From Macrostomum lignano (lineage: Eukaryota), in NCBI GenBank assembly GCA_002269645.1, contig NIVC01000027.1, forward strand, positions 434,001-498,000: a DNA stretch of 64,000 nt, read 5' to 3'. The notes below the pieces were generated by a model. It was not told the origin of the DNA. It saw only the letters and a program-made list of their open reading frames with translations, and did not search any database. Below are positions 1 to 13,220 of the stretch, one piece after another (the stretch's first letter is position 1; each line of letters starts with the position of its first letter). Both the position numbers and the translations under genes were made by a program.

Positions 1-441
1 CCCGGCACTAATTAGAATTGAAAATAATGCTTGAGCCAAGTTGCCAAGTTACCAGTATAAGAAGAGAATGATTGGCAACTAAATATTTATAGCTACCAGC
101 CACCCCAGATATTTCATTCGTCAGTGCGCCGAACTGCGCAATTCCAGAGCCTGTACAGTACATAATGAACCTCACCTGCACCGGTTATAACCTGGGTAGA
201 AATTCTCTGTCGCTTAGCAATATGATATATATTGCAATATATGGCTACAGAGCCAAGCCCAATGCAAGACTTTAACACAGTTTTGTTGCCATCCACAAAA
301 GCATGAAAAACTTTTTTAAGTTTTGCAATTTTCGCCTTACAAAAACAAGGATTGGACAAAGACGTCTGTTGTCTTTGTTTTTGACGGTGAGAAAGGCTCG
401 GTTATTGTGCGTGTGCGTGTAAGCATGTTTACTTGTCATAG

Positions 442-1146
442 CTGAGATAACAGGTATCTAATCTAGGAAATCACCTGAGATAACAGGTATCTATTCTAGG
501 AAATCACCCCTGAGATCACATGGTATCTAATCTAGGAAATCACCTGAGATCTCAGGGCATCTATTCTAGGAAATCACCTTGAGATAACAGGTATCTATTC
601 TAGGAAATCACCCTGAGATCTCAGGGTATCTATTCTAGGAAATCACCTTGAGATCTCAGGGTATCTATTCTAGGAAATCCCCCTAAAGATCTCAGGGTAT
701 CTATTCTAGGAAATCACCTTGAGATCTCAGGGTATCTATTCTAGGAAATCCCCCTAAAGATCTCAGGGTATTTATTCTAGGAAATCACCTGAGATCACAG
801 GGTATCTATTCTAGGAAATCACCCTGAGATCACAGGCATCTATTCTAGGAAATCACACTGAGATCACAGGGTATCTATTCTAGGAAATCACACTGAGATC
901 ACAGGGTATCTATTCTAGGAAATCACCCTGAGATCACAGGCATCTATTCTAGGAAATCACACTGAGATCACAGGGTATCTATTCTAGGAAATCACCCTGA
1001 GATCACAGGCATCTATTCTAGGAAATCACACTGAGATCACAGGGTATCTATTCTAGGAAATCACCTGAGATCTCAGGGTATTTATTCTAGGAAATCACCT
1101 GAGATCACAGGCATCTATTCTAGGAAATCACCTGAGATCACAGGGT
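442..1146. repeat. Minisatellite, ~30-33 bp unit CTGAGATCACAGGGTATCTATTCTAGGAAATCAC
   Basis: More than 20 tandem copies read directly; no unique spacers. Confidence 0.95.
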
Positions 1147-1626
1147 ATATACGAGCTATCTCTGTGATCTCACAAAATTTTCTCTAGAGAACAGAAGTTT
1201 GCGACTGCTCCTAATCACACGAGTTGTCTATGGCACAAAATCATCCGATTGCTGAAACTTTTCGGATGACCCCATGGATGAATAAAACCATGGATTGCTC
1301 GTCTGCCTTAAATTTGGGGATGCAACTTTGTCCCGCGAAGCCATCGTTCGCACCGATTGGTTACTGCAGATCCCTTAGTTGTCTATGGTAAAAACGTAAG
1401 CTGCAGTGCTTATGCACGGAAAGTCCTATACACGGTTTTATTCATACATGGATGACCCTTTTATATGGCTACGATTTGGACCTTTAAAGCAAGACTAACA
1501 TTTTCTTGTCATTCAATACAGCATGAAATTTTGCCTTTCAAAAACACGGATTGGACAAAGACTTCTGCTATCTTTGCTATTGATGGTGAGACAGGTGTTT
1601 ATGCGTGTGTGAGCTTGCTCAGTACC

Positions 1627-2766
1627 AGAGATCACAGGGTGTTTATTTTAGGAAAGCATCTGAGATCACAGGGTGTTTATTTTAGGAAATCATCTGAGAT
1701 CACAGGGTGTTTATTTTAGGAAATCATCTGAGATCACAGGTATCTACTCTAGGAAATCACCCTGAGATCACAGGTATCTACTCTAGAAAATCACCCTGAG
1801 ATCACAGGTACCTACTCTAGGAAATCACCTGAGATCACAGGTACCTACTCTAGGAAATCACCTGAGATCACAGGTACCTACTCTAGGAAATCACCTGAGA
1901 TCACAGGTATCTACTCTAGGAAATCACCTGAGATAACAGGTATCTACTCTAGGAAATCACCTGAGATCACAGGTATCTACTCTAGGAAATCACCTGAGAT
2001 CACAGGTATCTACTCTAAGAAATCACCTGAGATCACAGGTATCTACTCTAAGAAATCACCTGAGATCACAGGTATCTACTCTAGGAAATCACACTGAGAT
2101 CACAGGTATCTACTCTAGGAAATCACTCTGAGATTTCGTGGTATCTATTCTAGGAAATCACCCTAAGATCTCAGGGTATTTATTCTAGGAAATCACCTGA
2201 CTCACCCCTGAGATCACAGGGTCTCTATTCTAGGAAATCACTCTGAGATCACAGGGTATCTATTCTAGGAAATCACCTGAGATCGCAGGGTATCTATTCT
2301 AGGAAATCACTCTGAGATCACAGGGTATCTATTCTAGGAAATCACCCTGAGATCACAGGGTATCTATTCTAGGAAATCACCCTGAGATCGCAGCGTATCT
2401 ATTCTAGGAAATCACCCTGAGATCGCAGGGTATCTATTCTAGGAAATCACACCTGAGATCACAGGGTCCCTATTCTAAGAAATCACACCTGAGATCACAG
2501 GGTCCCTATTCTAGGAAATCACCTGAGATCACAGGGTAGCTATTCTAGGGACAGGGTATCTATTTTAGGAAATCACCTGGAGATCGCAGGGTATCTATTC
2601 TAGGAAATCACCCCTGAGATCACAGGGTATCTATTCTAGGAAATCACACCTGAGATCACAGGGTCCCTATTCTAGGAAATCACCCCTGAGATCACAGGGT
2701 ATCTATTCTAGAAAATCACTCTGAGATCACAGCTATCTATTCTAGGAAATCACCCTGTGATCACAG
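1627..2766. repeat. Second array of the same ~30-33 bp minisatellite
   Basis: Same unit as 442-1146 with variant blocks (GGTATCTACTCTAGG); ends ~45 bp before the glycosyltransferase exon. Confidence 0.95.
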
Positions 2767-2809
2767 GCCATCCAAACCCCAGCTAACGAACTCTAAACCG
2801 CTCACTCAG

Positions 2810-5800
2810 GTGCTAGTGATCGCAGCGCTGCTCATCGCGATGGAGCAAAGCGGCGGCATACAGCAGCTCTACCTCGCCATCTCAGGCTTAGGCCAGTCAG
2901 ACTCAACTATCCCGAAATTTCTGCACTTTGCCAGCAGGTCTGAGCTGCTGCCGGCCGCGTTGGCGCCGCTGATGAACAGCTGCATCGCACTGAATCCCGG
3001 ATGGACTGTGCACCTCTGGACTGAGGCCGATGTTCGCCTGTTGCTGCTCAAAGAGTGGCCGGAGCTGCTCAAACTCTACTCATCTGGCACTGTTAGTCAG
3101 GCTGAGAGGCTGGCTATGGCCAAGTATCCTGTGCTGCATCGGTTCGGGGGTGAGTCTGGCTGGTGTTGAGAGTGATAGATTGGATGTTCGGAGTGACAGA
3201 TAAAGGTGTGACAGATATTAGAAGAGTGAAAGATAGAAAAAGAGTGACAGGCTATCGAGGAAAGACAGATATTCGAGGAGTGAAAAATCGTGGTATTTGC
3301 AGAGTGACAGACTTAAACCAATGGAGAGTGCAAGATATTTTAGTAGTGACAGATATTCGGTGAATGACAGATAGTTTAAGAGTAACAGATAGTTTAAGAG
3401 TGACAGATAGTTTAAGAGTGACAGATATTCGGTGAATGACAGATAGTTTAAGAGTAACAGATAGTTTAAGAGTGACAGATAGTTTAAGAGTGACAGATAT
3501 TCGGTGAATGACAGATAGTTTAAGAGTAACAGATAGTTTAAGAGTGACAGATAGTTTAAGATTGACAGATAGTTTAAGAGTGACAGATAGTTTAAGATTG
3601 ACAGATAGTTTAAGAGTGACAGATAGTTTAAGAGTGACAGATAGTTTAAGAGTGACAGATAGTTTAAGAGTGACAGATAGTTTGAGAGTGACAGATAGTT
3701 TAAGAGTGACAGATTGTTTGAGAGTGACAGAATAGACGGGAGTGACAGATAGTTGGGGAGTGACAAATAGTCGGGTGTGACAGATAATCGGGGAGTGACA
3801 GATAATCGGGGAGTGACAGATAATCGGGGAGTGACAGATAATCGGGGAGTGACAGATAATCGGGGAGTGACAGATAATCGAGGAGTGGCAAATTTTGTTA
3901 TTCGCAGAGTGGCAGATTAAGTTGCCACAGACTTTCATAAAGTGAAGGCCATGCAGACGGATGTACTGAGAGGCGGAATCAGTTGTTAAGATCCAGGCCG
4001 AAGAAAATCCACTAATTTACAGCTCAAACAAGCAAGGAAGTCACGGAGAGACCGCGCAAAGATGGGATCTGATCAGACCAGATTCCCAGTGCTCGTTATC
4101 TCAATCATGCAGTAGCTCGAGGCTTTAGCAGCCCCTGTGTCAACTCGGACTCAAATTGAAAATATCGCGGCCAATAAAATTTGTTTTACTGCAGCGACCT
4201 TCGCTACGGATCGGATCACGCCAAGGGCTTCTAAATTCCGCAAAAACTGGATTGGATGCTTTATTGGAATCTAAGATCTCTGAACACCTCTGAGATCAGT
4301 GGGTATCTTTTCCTACAAATACCTATGAGATTATGGGTATCTTTTCCTACAAATACCTTTGAGATTATGGGTATCTTTTCCTGCAAATACCCATGAGATT
4401 ATGGGTATCTTTTCCTGCAAATACCCATGAGATTATGGGTATTCTCTTTTTCTACAAATACCTATGAGATTATGGGCATCTATTCCTACAAATACCTATG
4501 AGATTATAAGTATCTTTTCCTACAAATACCTCTGAGATTATGGGTACCTTTTCCTACAAATACCTATGAGATTATGGGTATCTTTTCCTACAAATACCTT
4601 TGAGATTATGGGTATCGTCTCCTACGAATACATCTGAGATTATGGGTATTTTTTCCTACAAATTATTATTATCATATTCATAAGATAGTTTCAGAATATT
4701 TTCATATTTATTAATTTACGAAAATTTAGTCTTCCAGTCCGCTGGTAAAGATGCTGGGAAATCCTGAATTAAAAAATAAATAATTTATGCAAACAGACAG
4801 GCGTGGAATGAATAACAAATCGATAGAAGATGCATGCTCAAAATTATTGTTTTCATTTCAAAATGAACTGGCGGTTTTCAGAGGCTTACATGTGCAGAAT
4901 CTTTGATGAAATGAGGAGTTTGAAACGAAATAGATAGATGGGTTGGAGAAGGGTACATGGATAAGGTTAAAGTGGGGTACATAGATACGGTTGAAGTCGG
5001 GTAGATAGGTAGGGTTTGGGTTGGGGTAGTTAGATGGGTTTGTAGTGGGGTAGATACTGTAGATGGGTTAGGAGTGGGGTAGTTAGATGGGGTTAGAGTG
5101 GGGTAGTTAGATGGGGTTAAAGTGGGGTAGTTAGATGGGGTTGGAGTGGGGTAGTTAGATGGAGTTGGAGTGGGGTAGTTAGATGGGGTTGGAGTGGGGT
5201 AGTTAGATGGGGTTGGAGTGGGGTAGTTAGATGGGGTTGGAGTGGGGTAGTTAGATGGGGTTGGAGCGGGGTAGTTAGATGGGGTTGGAGCGGGGTAGTT
5301 AGATGGGGTTGGAGTGGGGTAGTTAGATGGGGTTGGAGTGGGGTAGTTAGATGGAGTTGGAGTGGGGTAGTTAGATGGGGTTGGAGTGGGGTAGTTAGAT
5401 AGGGTTGGAGTGGGGGTAGTTAGATGGGGTTGGAGTGGGGTAGTTAGATGGGGTTGGAGTGGGGTAGTTAGATGGAGTTGGAGCGGGGTAGTTAGATGGA
5501 GTTGGAGTGGGGTAGTTAGATGGGGTTGGAGTGGGTTAGTTAGATGGGGTTGGAGTGGGGTAGTTAGATGGGGTTGGAGTGGGTAGTTAGATGGGGTTGG
5601 AGCGGGGTAGTTAGATAGGGTTGGAGCGGGGTAGTTAGATGGGGTTGGAGTGGGGTAGTTAGATGGGGTTGGAGTGGGGTAGTTAGATGGGGTTGGAGTG
5701 GGGTAGTTAGATGGGGTTGGAGCGGGGTAGTTAGATGGGTTGGAGTGGGAGTAGTTAGCGTTGGATTGGGGCAGATAGATGCGTGCTATAATTTAGCTGT

Positions 5801-7240
5801 ATCAGATAGATAGCAGACAAATTTGCAGATAGTAGTCATGGCTGTACATCCATGGCAGAATCCCCAAATCAGCCTCTTCCCATCACACCTCGCAGGTGTC
5901 TTCTTGGACACTACAGTGGAGTGCCTGAAGCCACTCGACATCGCACTGGAAGCTGCAAACTCCGTCACCTTCTTGGCGTTGGAACGACCAGAGAACCATC
6001 GCATCCTTGAGAATGCTCAGTTCAAACTGAGCCCGGCGGCTATGGGAGCTGCGCCGGGAAGTGCCTGGTTCCGACACGCCATCGACGTTATGCAGAGAAG
6101 GGAGTCCATTGGACAAGGTAATAATAGAGAGACAGGAAGAGGAGACTTGGCAGAGCAATTAAAGCGTTTAACGAGCCTGACTGTAGCGCCGTCGCCCTCG
6201 TGGTTCGATTTCTAGTGCACGGTTGCATTAATTAATTTCGAGCTTCTGCCACGAAATTGTCAAGGGTTGTCTAAATTAAGGTGATATTAAAAATAACTCG
6301 CATATGTATTTATCTAGATCTAGTCCCAGTACCCTCGTAAGTTGAAAGCCTGACGAAGTAAATGGCAACATCCGACCCAGTAGCTAAAGCAACATTAATC
6401 TAGATCAATTCTCTCGCAAGGCACAGTGTTTAAACCAGGCAGAGACGTAGCACGCCCTGTCTTCAAGATTTTAAATCGAGACGGAATAAGCAAAATGGTT
6501 TCGTTGTTAAGGCGTGAGATACTTGCTTCAATTGCGGGGATAATTAAAATTGGATCTCGTGTCAACAATGAATGATCAAGTTAAGTTCCGGAGCTTCACT
6601 ACGGTCTCCATTCTCGGCCCTGAAGCCGACATCCACTTTATTATCTGCACTTATGGAGATGCGAAGGATACCAACTCACACACTGTGAAATACGAGTACA
6701 ATATTATTGTTAGCGTTTACCAAGCCTGCTCTACCAACAATTGCAGATCTCAGCTTAGACGGGAGCTTCCCAACCGAATGTCACCTGCTGTGGCAGAGAA
6801 AGCAACAACAGAGAAAGCAGCCAGGAGCAGACAGGTACCAACCGGAGCGAAGCGTGTACCTGCTGCCGTGGGAGTATTTCTCATCTACGCTGAGAAACCC
6901 GGACGTAATGCTCGGCCTCTGCCAGCAACTCCGTCGATGGCCAGAACTAAGAGCTGTCTACACTACTCGAAGCGAAGCCTGCTCAAGTATAGTCTCCAAT
7001 GTAACTGGCGAACCCAACGCTACGGCAATCAGAGCCGGATTGCAACCAAATGAGTACACGGTTGGACTGCAACATCACGGCCTGATTCAATCTGCTTCCG
7101 TGCGACTGATTGCTGCACAAGGCCGGTGGAAAAATCAACTGCTGTTTAATGTCACTTCAGTGTGGCCAGCAGTTCGGAGATACGAGAAGGCCAGCAAGAC
7201 AGGTGTTTACTGGAGAACTGTAGAAGTTTACCGGCTCTAA
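2810..7240 (+). CDS. GT32 / Gly_transf_sug (DXD-type, OCH1/SUR1-like) glycosyltransferase; 5' exon(s) not identified
   Basis: Exons 2810-3149, 5896-6117 and 6747-7240 join in frame with GT-AG sites (1056 nt, 352 codons). Motifs: hydrophobic segment, TIPKFLHF, WTVHLWTE, RLAMAKYPVLHRFGG|VFLDTTVECLKPLD, VYLLPWEYFS. The exon 3 acceptor could alternatively be a nearby AG. Confidence 0.8.
3170..3890. repeat. Intronic minisatellite, 18-bp unit AGAGTGACAGATAGTTTA (variant GGGGAGTGACAGATAATC)
   Basis: Tandem copies start ~20 bp after the donor at 3150; they explain the repetitive ORFs at 3218-3938. Confidence 0.95.
4290..4652. repeat. Intronic minisatellite, ~31 bp GAGATTATGGGTATCTTTTCCTACAAATACCT
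   Basis: About 11 copies; the unit resembles the 442-2766 unit. Confidence 0.9.
5030..5760. repeat. G-rich intronic minisatellite, 24-bp unit GGGGTAGTTAGATGGGGTTGGAGT
   Basis: About 29 tandem copies read directly. Confidence 0.95.
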
Positions 7241-7267
7241 TGCTCCTGAGCAGTGTACAGCGTATAT

Positions 7268-8940
7268 AGCATGAGGTTGGTTCTACAGACAGCATGAGGG
7301 AGCTTCTAGAGACAGCATGGGGGAGATTCTACAGACAGCATGGGGGAGATTCTAGAAACAGCATGAGGGAGATTCTAGAGACAGCATGAGGGATATTCTT
7401 GAGACAGCATGAGTGAGATTCTACAGACAGCATGGGGGAGATTCTAGAGACAGCATGAGGGAGATTCTAGAGACAGCATGAGGGAGATTCTAGAGACAGC
7501 ATGAAGGATATTCTACAGACAGCATGGGGGAGATTCTAGAGACAGCATGAGGGATATTCTTGAGACAGCATGAGTGAGATTCTACAGACAGCATGGGGGA
7601 GATTCTAGAGACAGCATGAGGGAGATTCTAGAGACAGCATGAGGGAGATTCTAGAGACAGCATAGGGGAGATTCTAGAGACAGCATGAGGGAGATTCTAG
7701 AGACAGCATAGGGGAGATTCTAGAGACAGCATGAGGGAGATTCTAGAGACAGCATGAGGGAGATTCTAGAGACAGCATAGGGGAGATTCTAGAGACAGCC
7801 ATGAGGGAGATTCTACAGACAGCATGGGGGAGATTCTAGAGACAGCATGAGGGATATTCTAGAGACAGCATAGGGGAGATTCTACAGACAGCATGAGGGA
7901 GCTTCTAGAGACAGCATGGGGGAGATTCTAGAGACAGCATGAGGGAGATTCTAGAGACAGCATGAGGGAGATTCTTGAGACAGCATGGGGGAGATTCTAC
8001 AGACAGCATGGGGGAGATTCTAGAAACAGCATGAGGGAGATTCTAGAGACAGCATGAGGGATATTCTTGAGACAGCATGAGTGAGATTCTACAGACAGCA
8101 TGGGGGAAATTCTAGAGACAGCATAGGGGAGATTCTAGAGACAGCATGAGGGAGATTCTACAGACAGCATGGGGGAGATTCTAGAGACAGCATGAGGGAT
8201 ATTCTTGAGACAGCATGAGTGAGATTCTACAGACAGCATGGGGGAGATTCTAGAGACAGCATAGGGGAGATTCTAGAGACAGCATGAGGGAGATTCTACA
8301 GACAGCATGGGGGAGATTCTAGAGACAACATGAGGGAGATTCTAGAGACAGCATAGGGGAGATTCTAGAGACAGCATGAGGGAGATTCTAGAGACAGCAT
8401 GAGGGAGATTCTAGAGACAGCATAGGGGAGATTCTAGAGACAGCCATGAGGGAGATTCTAGAGACAGCATAGGGGACATTCTAGAGACAGCATGAGGGAG
8501 ATTCTAGAGACAGCATAGGGGAGATTCTAGAGACAGCATAGGGGAGATTCTAGAGACAGCCATGAGGGAGATTCTAGAGACAGCATAGGGGAGATTCTAG
8601 AGACAGCCATGAGGGAGATTCTAGAGACAGCATAGGGGAGATTCTAGAGACAGCATGAGGGAGATTCTAGAGACAGCATAGGGGAGATTCTAGAGACAGC
8701 CATGAGGGAGATTCTAGAGACAGCATAGGGGACATTCTAGAGACAGCATGAGGGAGATTCTAGAGACAGCATGAGGGAGATTCTAGAGACAGCATAGGGG
8801 AGATTCTAGAGACAGCATGAGGGAGATTCTAGAGACAGCATGAGGGAGATTCTAGAGACAGCATAGGAGAGATTCTAGAGACAGCATGAGGGAGATTCTA
8901 GAGACAGCATGAGGGAGATTCTAGAGACAGCATGAGGGAA
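7268..8940. repeat. Minisatellite, 23-bp unit GACAGCATGAGGGAGATTCTAGA
   Basis: About 70 copies starting ~30 bp after the glycosyltransferase stop codon. Confidence 0.95.
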
Positions 8941-9762
8941 CGAGGAACAATAATTCCTTTAAAATATAACCAATTTTTTCATAGTTTTGCTCCTATAACT
9001 GGTGTACTGCACATTCCCAATCCTGCCTAAGATTATATGATCTAATAATATAGATAACGGTAGCTAGTTAAAAAATAACTTTAAAGGCGCAAACCAACGG
9101 TTTTCTGATTAGATTCCTGTGAGAATTTTCCAACATTCATATAATTGTAAAAACCGATAAAATGATGCATACTTATCGTCGTATTATATATTTATAATAT
9201 AATATTTACAGCTTAAAAAGGCCTATAAAATAGCAACAAAGCATGCAAGGTTCATATTTTTTCTTTGCCATTTTTTTCTCCAAAAGTCAGTCAGTCTGTA
9301 AAGAAATACATTGAACTGATAGAAACGTCTTGTCTTTAGGCAATTGCCGTCATAGATAATTTGCATTAATTACGCAGACTGGAAGAAGATTTTAGAGCAT
9401 TGGAATTCAGTATCAAACAAAATTGCGCGAGACTCACTTTTCTACTACGTACGAAAAAATTTATTTACCTTTTTAACAAATATAAAAAAGATTCTCGAGA
9501 AGCAGCTAAGCTAACACACATAGACTTTCCTAGATATGCCTATTCTTTCCATCCAATAAGCGACATTGTCACACAACCAGCGAGAGACATTTATTGCCCA
9601 TTCCGCCGACTCCCCTGAGCAGGCACACAAGCCCACTGATAAGTTCGCAGACAATTTCTTAGATTTCATTCTTTCTCTAGAGTACTGGTGTGCTGGGAGC
9701 CCCACACCTTTGAAAGGGGGCTTAGCGACCCCTTGACCCCGCTTTCTTCTGACTTTGCCATA

Positions 9763-10575
9763 GACATTTTCAGCGGGCCGTGAAACCAACTGAATGCATT
9801 GGAGTAAATGGGATTGTACCATAGACAGTCTCAGCGGGTGGTGAAACCGACTGAATGCATTGGAGTAAATGGGATTGTACCATAGACAGTCTCAGCGGGT
9901 GGTGAAACCAACTGAATGCATTGGAGTAAATGGGATTTTACCATAGACAGTCTCAGCGGGTGGTGAAACCAACTGAATGCATTGGAGTAAATGGGATTTT
10001 ACCATAGACAGTCTCAGCGGGTGGTGAAACCAACTGAATGCATTGGAGTAAATGGGATTTTACCATAGACAGTCTCAGCGGGTGGTGAAACCGACTGAAT
10101 GCATTGGAGTAAATGGGATTTTACCATAGACAGTCTCAGCGGGTGGTGAAACCAACTGAATGCATTGGAGTAAATGGGATTTTACCATAGACAGTCTCAG
10201 CGGGTGGTGAAACCGACTGAATGCATTAGAGTAAACGGGATTTTACCATAGACAGTCTCAGCGGGTGGTGAAACCGACTGAATGCATTGGAGTAAATGGG
10301 ATTGTACCATAGACAGTCTCAGCGGGTGGTGAAACCAACTGAATGCATTGGAGTAAATGGTATTTTACCATAGACAGTCTCAGCGGGTGGTGAAACCAAC
10401 TGAATGCATTGGAGTAAATGGGATTTTACCATAGACAGTCTCAGCGGGTGGTGAAACCAACTGAATGCATTGGAGTAAATGGTATTTTACCATAGACAGT
10501 CTCAGCGGGTGGTGAAACCAACTGAATGCATTGGAGTAAATGGGATTTACCATAGACAGTCTCAGCGGGTGGTGA
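9763..10575. repeat. Tandem repeat, 61-bp unit GTGAAACCAACTGAATGCATTGGAGTAAATGGGATTTTACCATAGACAGTCTCAGCGGGTG
   Basis: About 13 near-identical head-to-tail copies (period 61, e.g. 9781 to 9842). Confidence 0.95.
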
Positions 10576-10963
10576 AACAGGGTTGCATGGGCCGAAACGA
10601 GCTAACGCCCATCAATATTGGTATAATTCGGTGTTTAGAGCTTTATTATTTCTCAGACTGGTAGAGCGCACTGATGTTAATCAGTTCGTTTAACAATTGG
10701 ATGCTTGTGTGCTTGTGCTAAATGCTTGCGTTTTATTCGAGTTTCTTAAGTCAGAAATTTTATGACCGAATCTATTTTATTATTTTATAGACTTTCAACT
10801 TTGAACGCCTGTTTACAAACTTAGCATGAAAAAAGCAATACCAGTAGAAATATTTGAAAGTGTTAAGCACTTAAGTTGACAAAAAAATTTACAATTACAA
10901 ATTTGAGTCAAATATTAAGCCATATGATTAAGAAGACCTAAAATGCGTTGTAACATCGCTAAG

Positions 10964-11380
10964 CTACTTCTTTTTCTTATCCTTCTTCTTGTTCTTCTTT
11001 TTGTCTTTCTTCTTGTTCTTCTTTTTCTTTTTTGCATCGCTTGACGAGTCTGAAGACGAACTGGAACTTGACGAGGACGTCGAAGAGGTTGAAGACTTTC
11101 TCGACCGTTTCCTGTTCTTCTCTTTCTTCTTTTTTAACTTCTTTTTATTGTCGTCTTTTTTCTTTGCCTTTCGCTTCTTTTTCAGCTTCTCTGCCGCTTC
11201 TTTAGGCCGGACAGGAGACCTGGATCGGTCGCGTTTCTGTAAGGACGAGCCGGGTTCATCCTCGGATGACGTGCTGCTCACGTCCAGAGCCATCTCAGCT
11301 CCATTAACAATGTTTCTGCACTGGAACGAGTAGTGACCGTGGAAGCCGCACTTGTGACACCGGCCTCCAAGATCTTCCAT
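10964..11380 (-). CDS. SREK1IP1: SREK1-interacting protein 1 (zinc knuckle + Lys/Ser-rich tail), 138 aa
   Basis: CHKCGFHGHYSFQC knuckle followed by LDVSSTSSED, matching the SREK1IP1 N-terminus (CKKCGYPGHLTFEC...LDVSSTSSED); poly-Lys/Ser tail. Confidence 0.85.
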   Translation of the reverse strand: MEDLGGRCHKCGFHGHYSFQCRNIVNGAEMALDVSSTSSEDEPGSSLQKRDRSRSPVRPKEAAEKLKKKRKAKKKDDNKKKLKKKKEKNRKRSRKSSTSSTSSSSSSSSSDSSSDAKKKKKNKKKDKKKNKKKDKKKK

Positions 11381-12556
11381 GTCCTAACTGACACAAACCT
11401 GCATAAAAATTGATGAAATAAGTTAGTAAAGAATATCCAGAGCTGTAACAGTTGACTTGATCTGCGCTAGAATGAGTATCATTGGCAATAGTGCGGCCTA
11501 TTGATCTCCAATTTCCCGCTAACTAGCCTACTTAATTAGTAGAAAGTGTTAGTAGGGTAGTATTTTAGGAAGGGGAATTAGTAGCGAAGCAGATATGCTT
11601 TTTGCCTACTGTCAGTAGTTTAGGTTTGGGAAAGTAATTAGAGCAGGGGAAAATCGCTAGCTTTCGGGATTATAGAGCAATTGGGGCTTGGAAAAGCAGA
11701 TCGTTTCGTTCGCTCGCGGACTTGCGTGGTCTCAAGTAGGAATAGGTAAGAGGCGGGGAAATATTGGGAGATACGTAAAACTGTTGGTGGTAGTCGATGC
11801 CTAAAACAGTACACTACCAGGTAGTCAATGCCTAAAACTCTCGCACAGTAACCATTGCATGCTATTCTATTTTTTGAAGTATAAACTTTTGTTAAATAAT
11901 TTGGTTTTCCTGAGTTCTTCCTTTGTCTCTAAACTAATAGGATTAGGGAAACAGGAAGCCTGGTGGCAGCGATTTTACCAAAATCTAAAACCAGTAAATC
12001 CACTAGTAAATCCCCAGCAGTAGAAACCAGTAGCCTAACCGCGAGGTACCACGCGTGTCCAAAAGTTAAGCGCCATCGCAATGAATATTGGACGACTCTG
12101 CCTTGCAATAGGCACGTTCGAGTCGTTACAAAGTCGCAAGAGTCTTTTTAACCTATAGCCACTAGAGAGTTTTTATAGCGATTCTTGTCACGGGATCGCG
12201 CACGTTTGGGGCATCATGTCACGGTATTCGACACTTTTTTCCTCTAATATAGTGTAAAAAATGAACAGTTAGAAAACAATTACAGAAAACTTCCATTACA
12301 TATTTAGAGAACAGTTTAACACGGTTTTACTTGGAGCAACTTTGCAACTAGAAAACTGTTAAATGACTCGAATTATACAAAAAGCAGAAAGTCGCACAAG
12401 CAATAATGGGTGCATTCAGCTTGCATTCAGCAACGAAGAAACAAAAATAAACTCAACAAGATGACAAGCAAATATGCTGCAGACACTTGAAAAACATACG
12501 TTAAAAATTTACTATAAGTCTGCAAGATGGTTAGGAACTTTTTATTCCGACGGACA

Positions 12557-13185
12557 GGTGAGAACAGACGTGTGAGAACAGACAGGTCTAGAGACAGGTG
12601 AGAACAGATAGGTCTAGAAACAGGTGAGAACAGATAGGTCTAGAAACAGGTGAGAACAGATAGGTCTAGAGACAGGTGAGAACAGACATGTGAGAACAGA
12701 CATGTGAGAACAGACAGGTGAGAACAGACAGGTCTAGAGACAGGTGAGATGAGAACAGACAAGTCTAGAGACAGGTGAGGTGAGACCAGAGAAGTCTAGA
12801 GACAAGTGAGATGAGAACAGACAAGTCTAGAGACAGGTGAGGTGAGACCAGAGAAGTCTAGAGACAGGTGAGGTGAGAACAGACAAGTCTAGAGACAGGG
12901 TGAGGTGAGAACAGACAGATTTAGAGACAGGTGAGATGAGAACAGACAAGTCTAGAGACAGGGTGAGGTGAGACCAGAGAAGTCTAGAGACAGGTGAGGT
13001 GAGAACAGACAAGTCTAGAGACAGGGTGAGGTGAGAACAGACAGATTTAGAGACAGGTGAGATGAGAACAGACAAGTCTAGAGACAAGTGAGGTGAGACC
13101 AGACAAGTCTAGAGACAGGTGAGGTGAGAACAGACAAATCTAGAGACAGTTGAGGTGAGAACAGACAGATCTAGAGACAGGTGAG
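12557..13185. repeat. Minisatellite, ~22-32 bp units GTGAGAACAGACAAGTCTAGAGACAGGTGAG
   Basis: Tandem copies directly downstream of the MRPL50 stop; they explain ORF 12827-13087. Confidence 0.9.
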
Positions 13186-13220
13186 TACAGAGTTGAGAGC
13201 AGCAGACTTCATCAAGACAA

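Noticed and set aside
3163-3938. ORFs 3163-3363, 3218-3766, 3252-3938, 3508-3735 and 3700-3891
   Set aside because: Translations of the 18-bp intronic minisatellite; no non-repetitive coding content.
5030-5760. Interstitial telomere
   Set aside because: The unit is a 24-mer, not TTAGGG repeats.
6550-7053. 167-aa ORF overlapping the glycosyltransferase last exon
   Set aside because: Alternative frame with no recognisable motifs; the 6707 frame carries the family motif and splices in phase.
10989-11333. Phe-rich + strand ORF
   Set aside because: Antisense shadow of the Lys-rich SREK1IP1 CDS.
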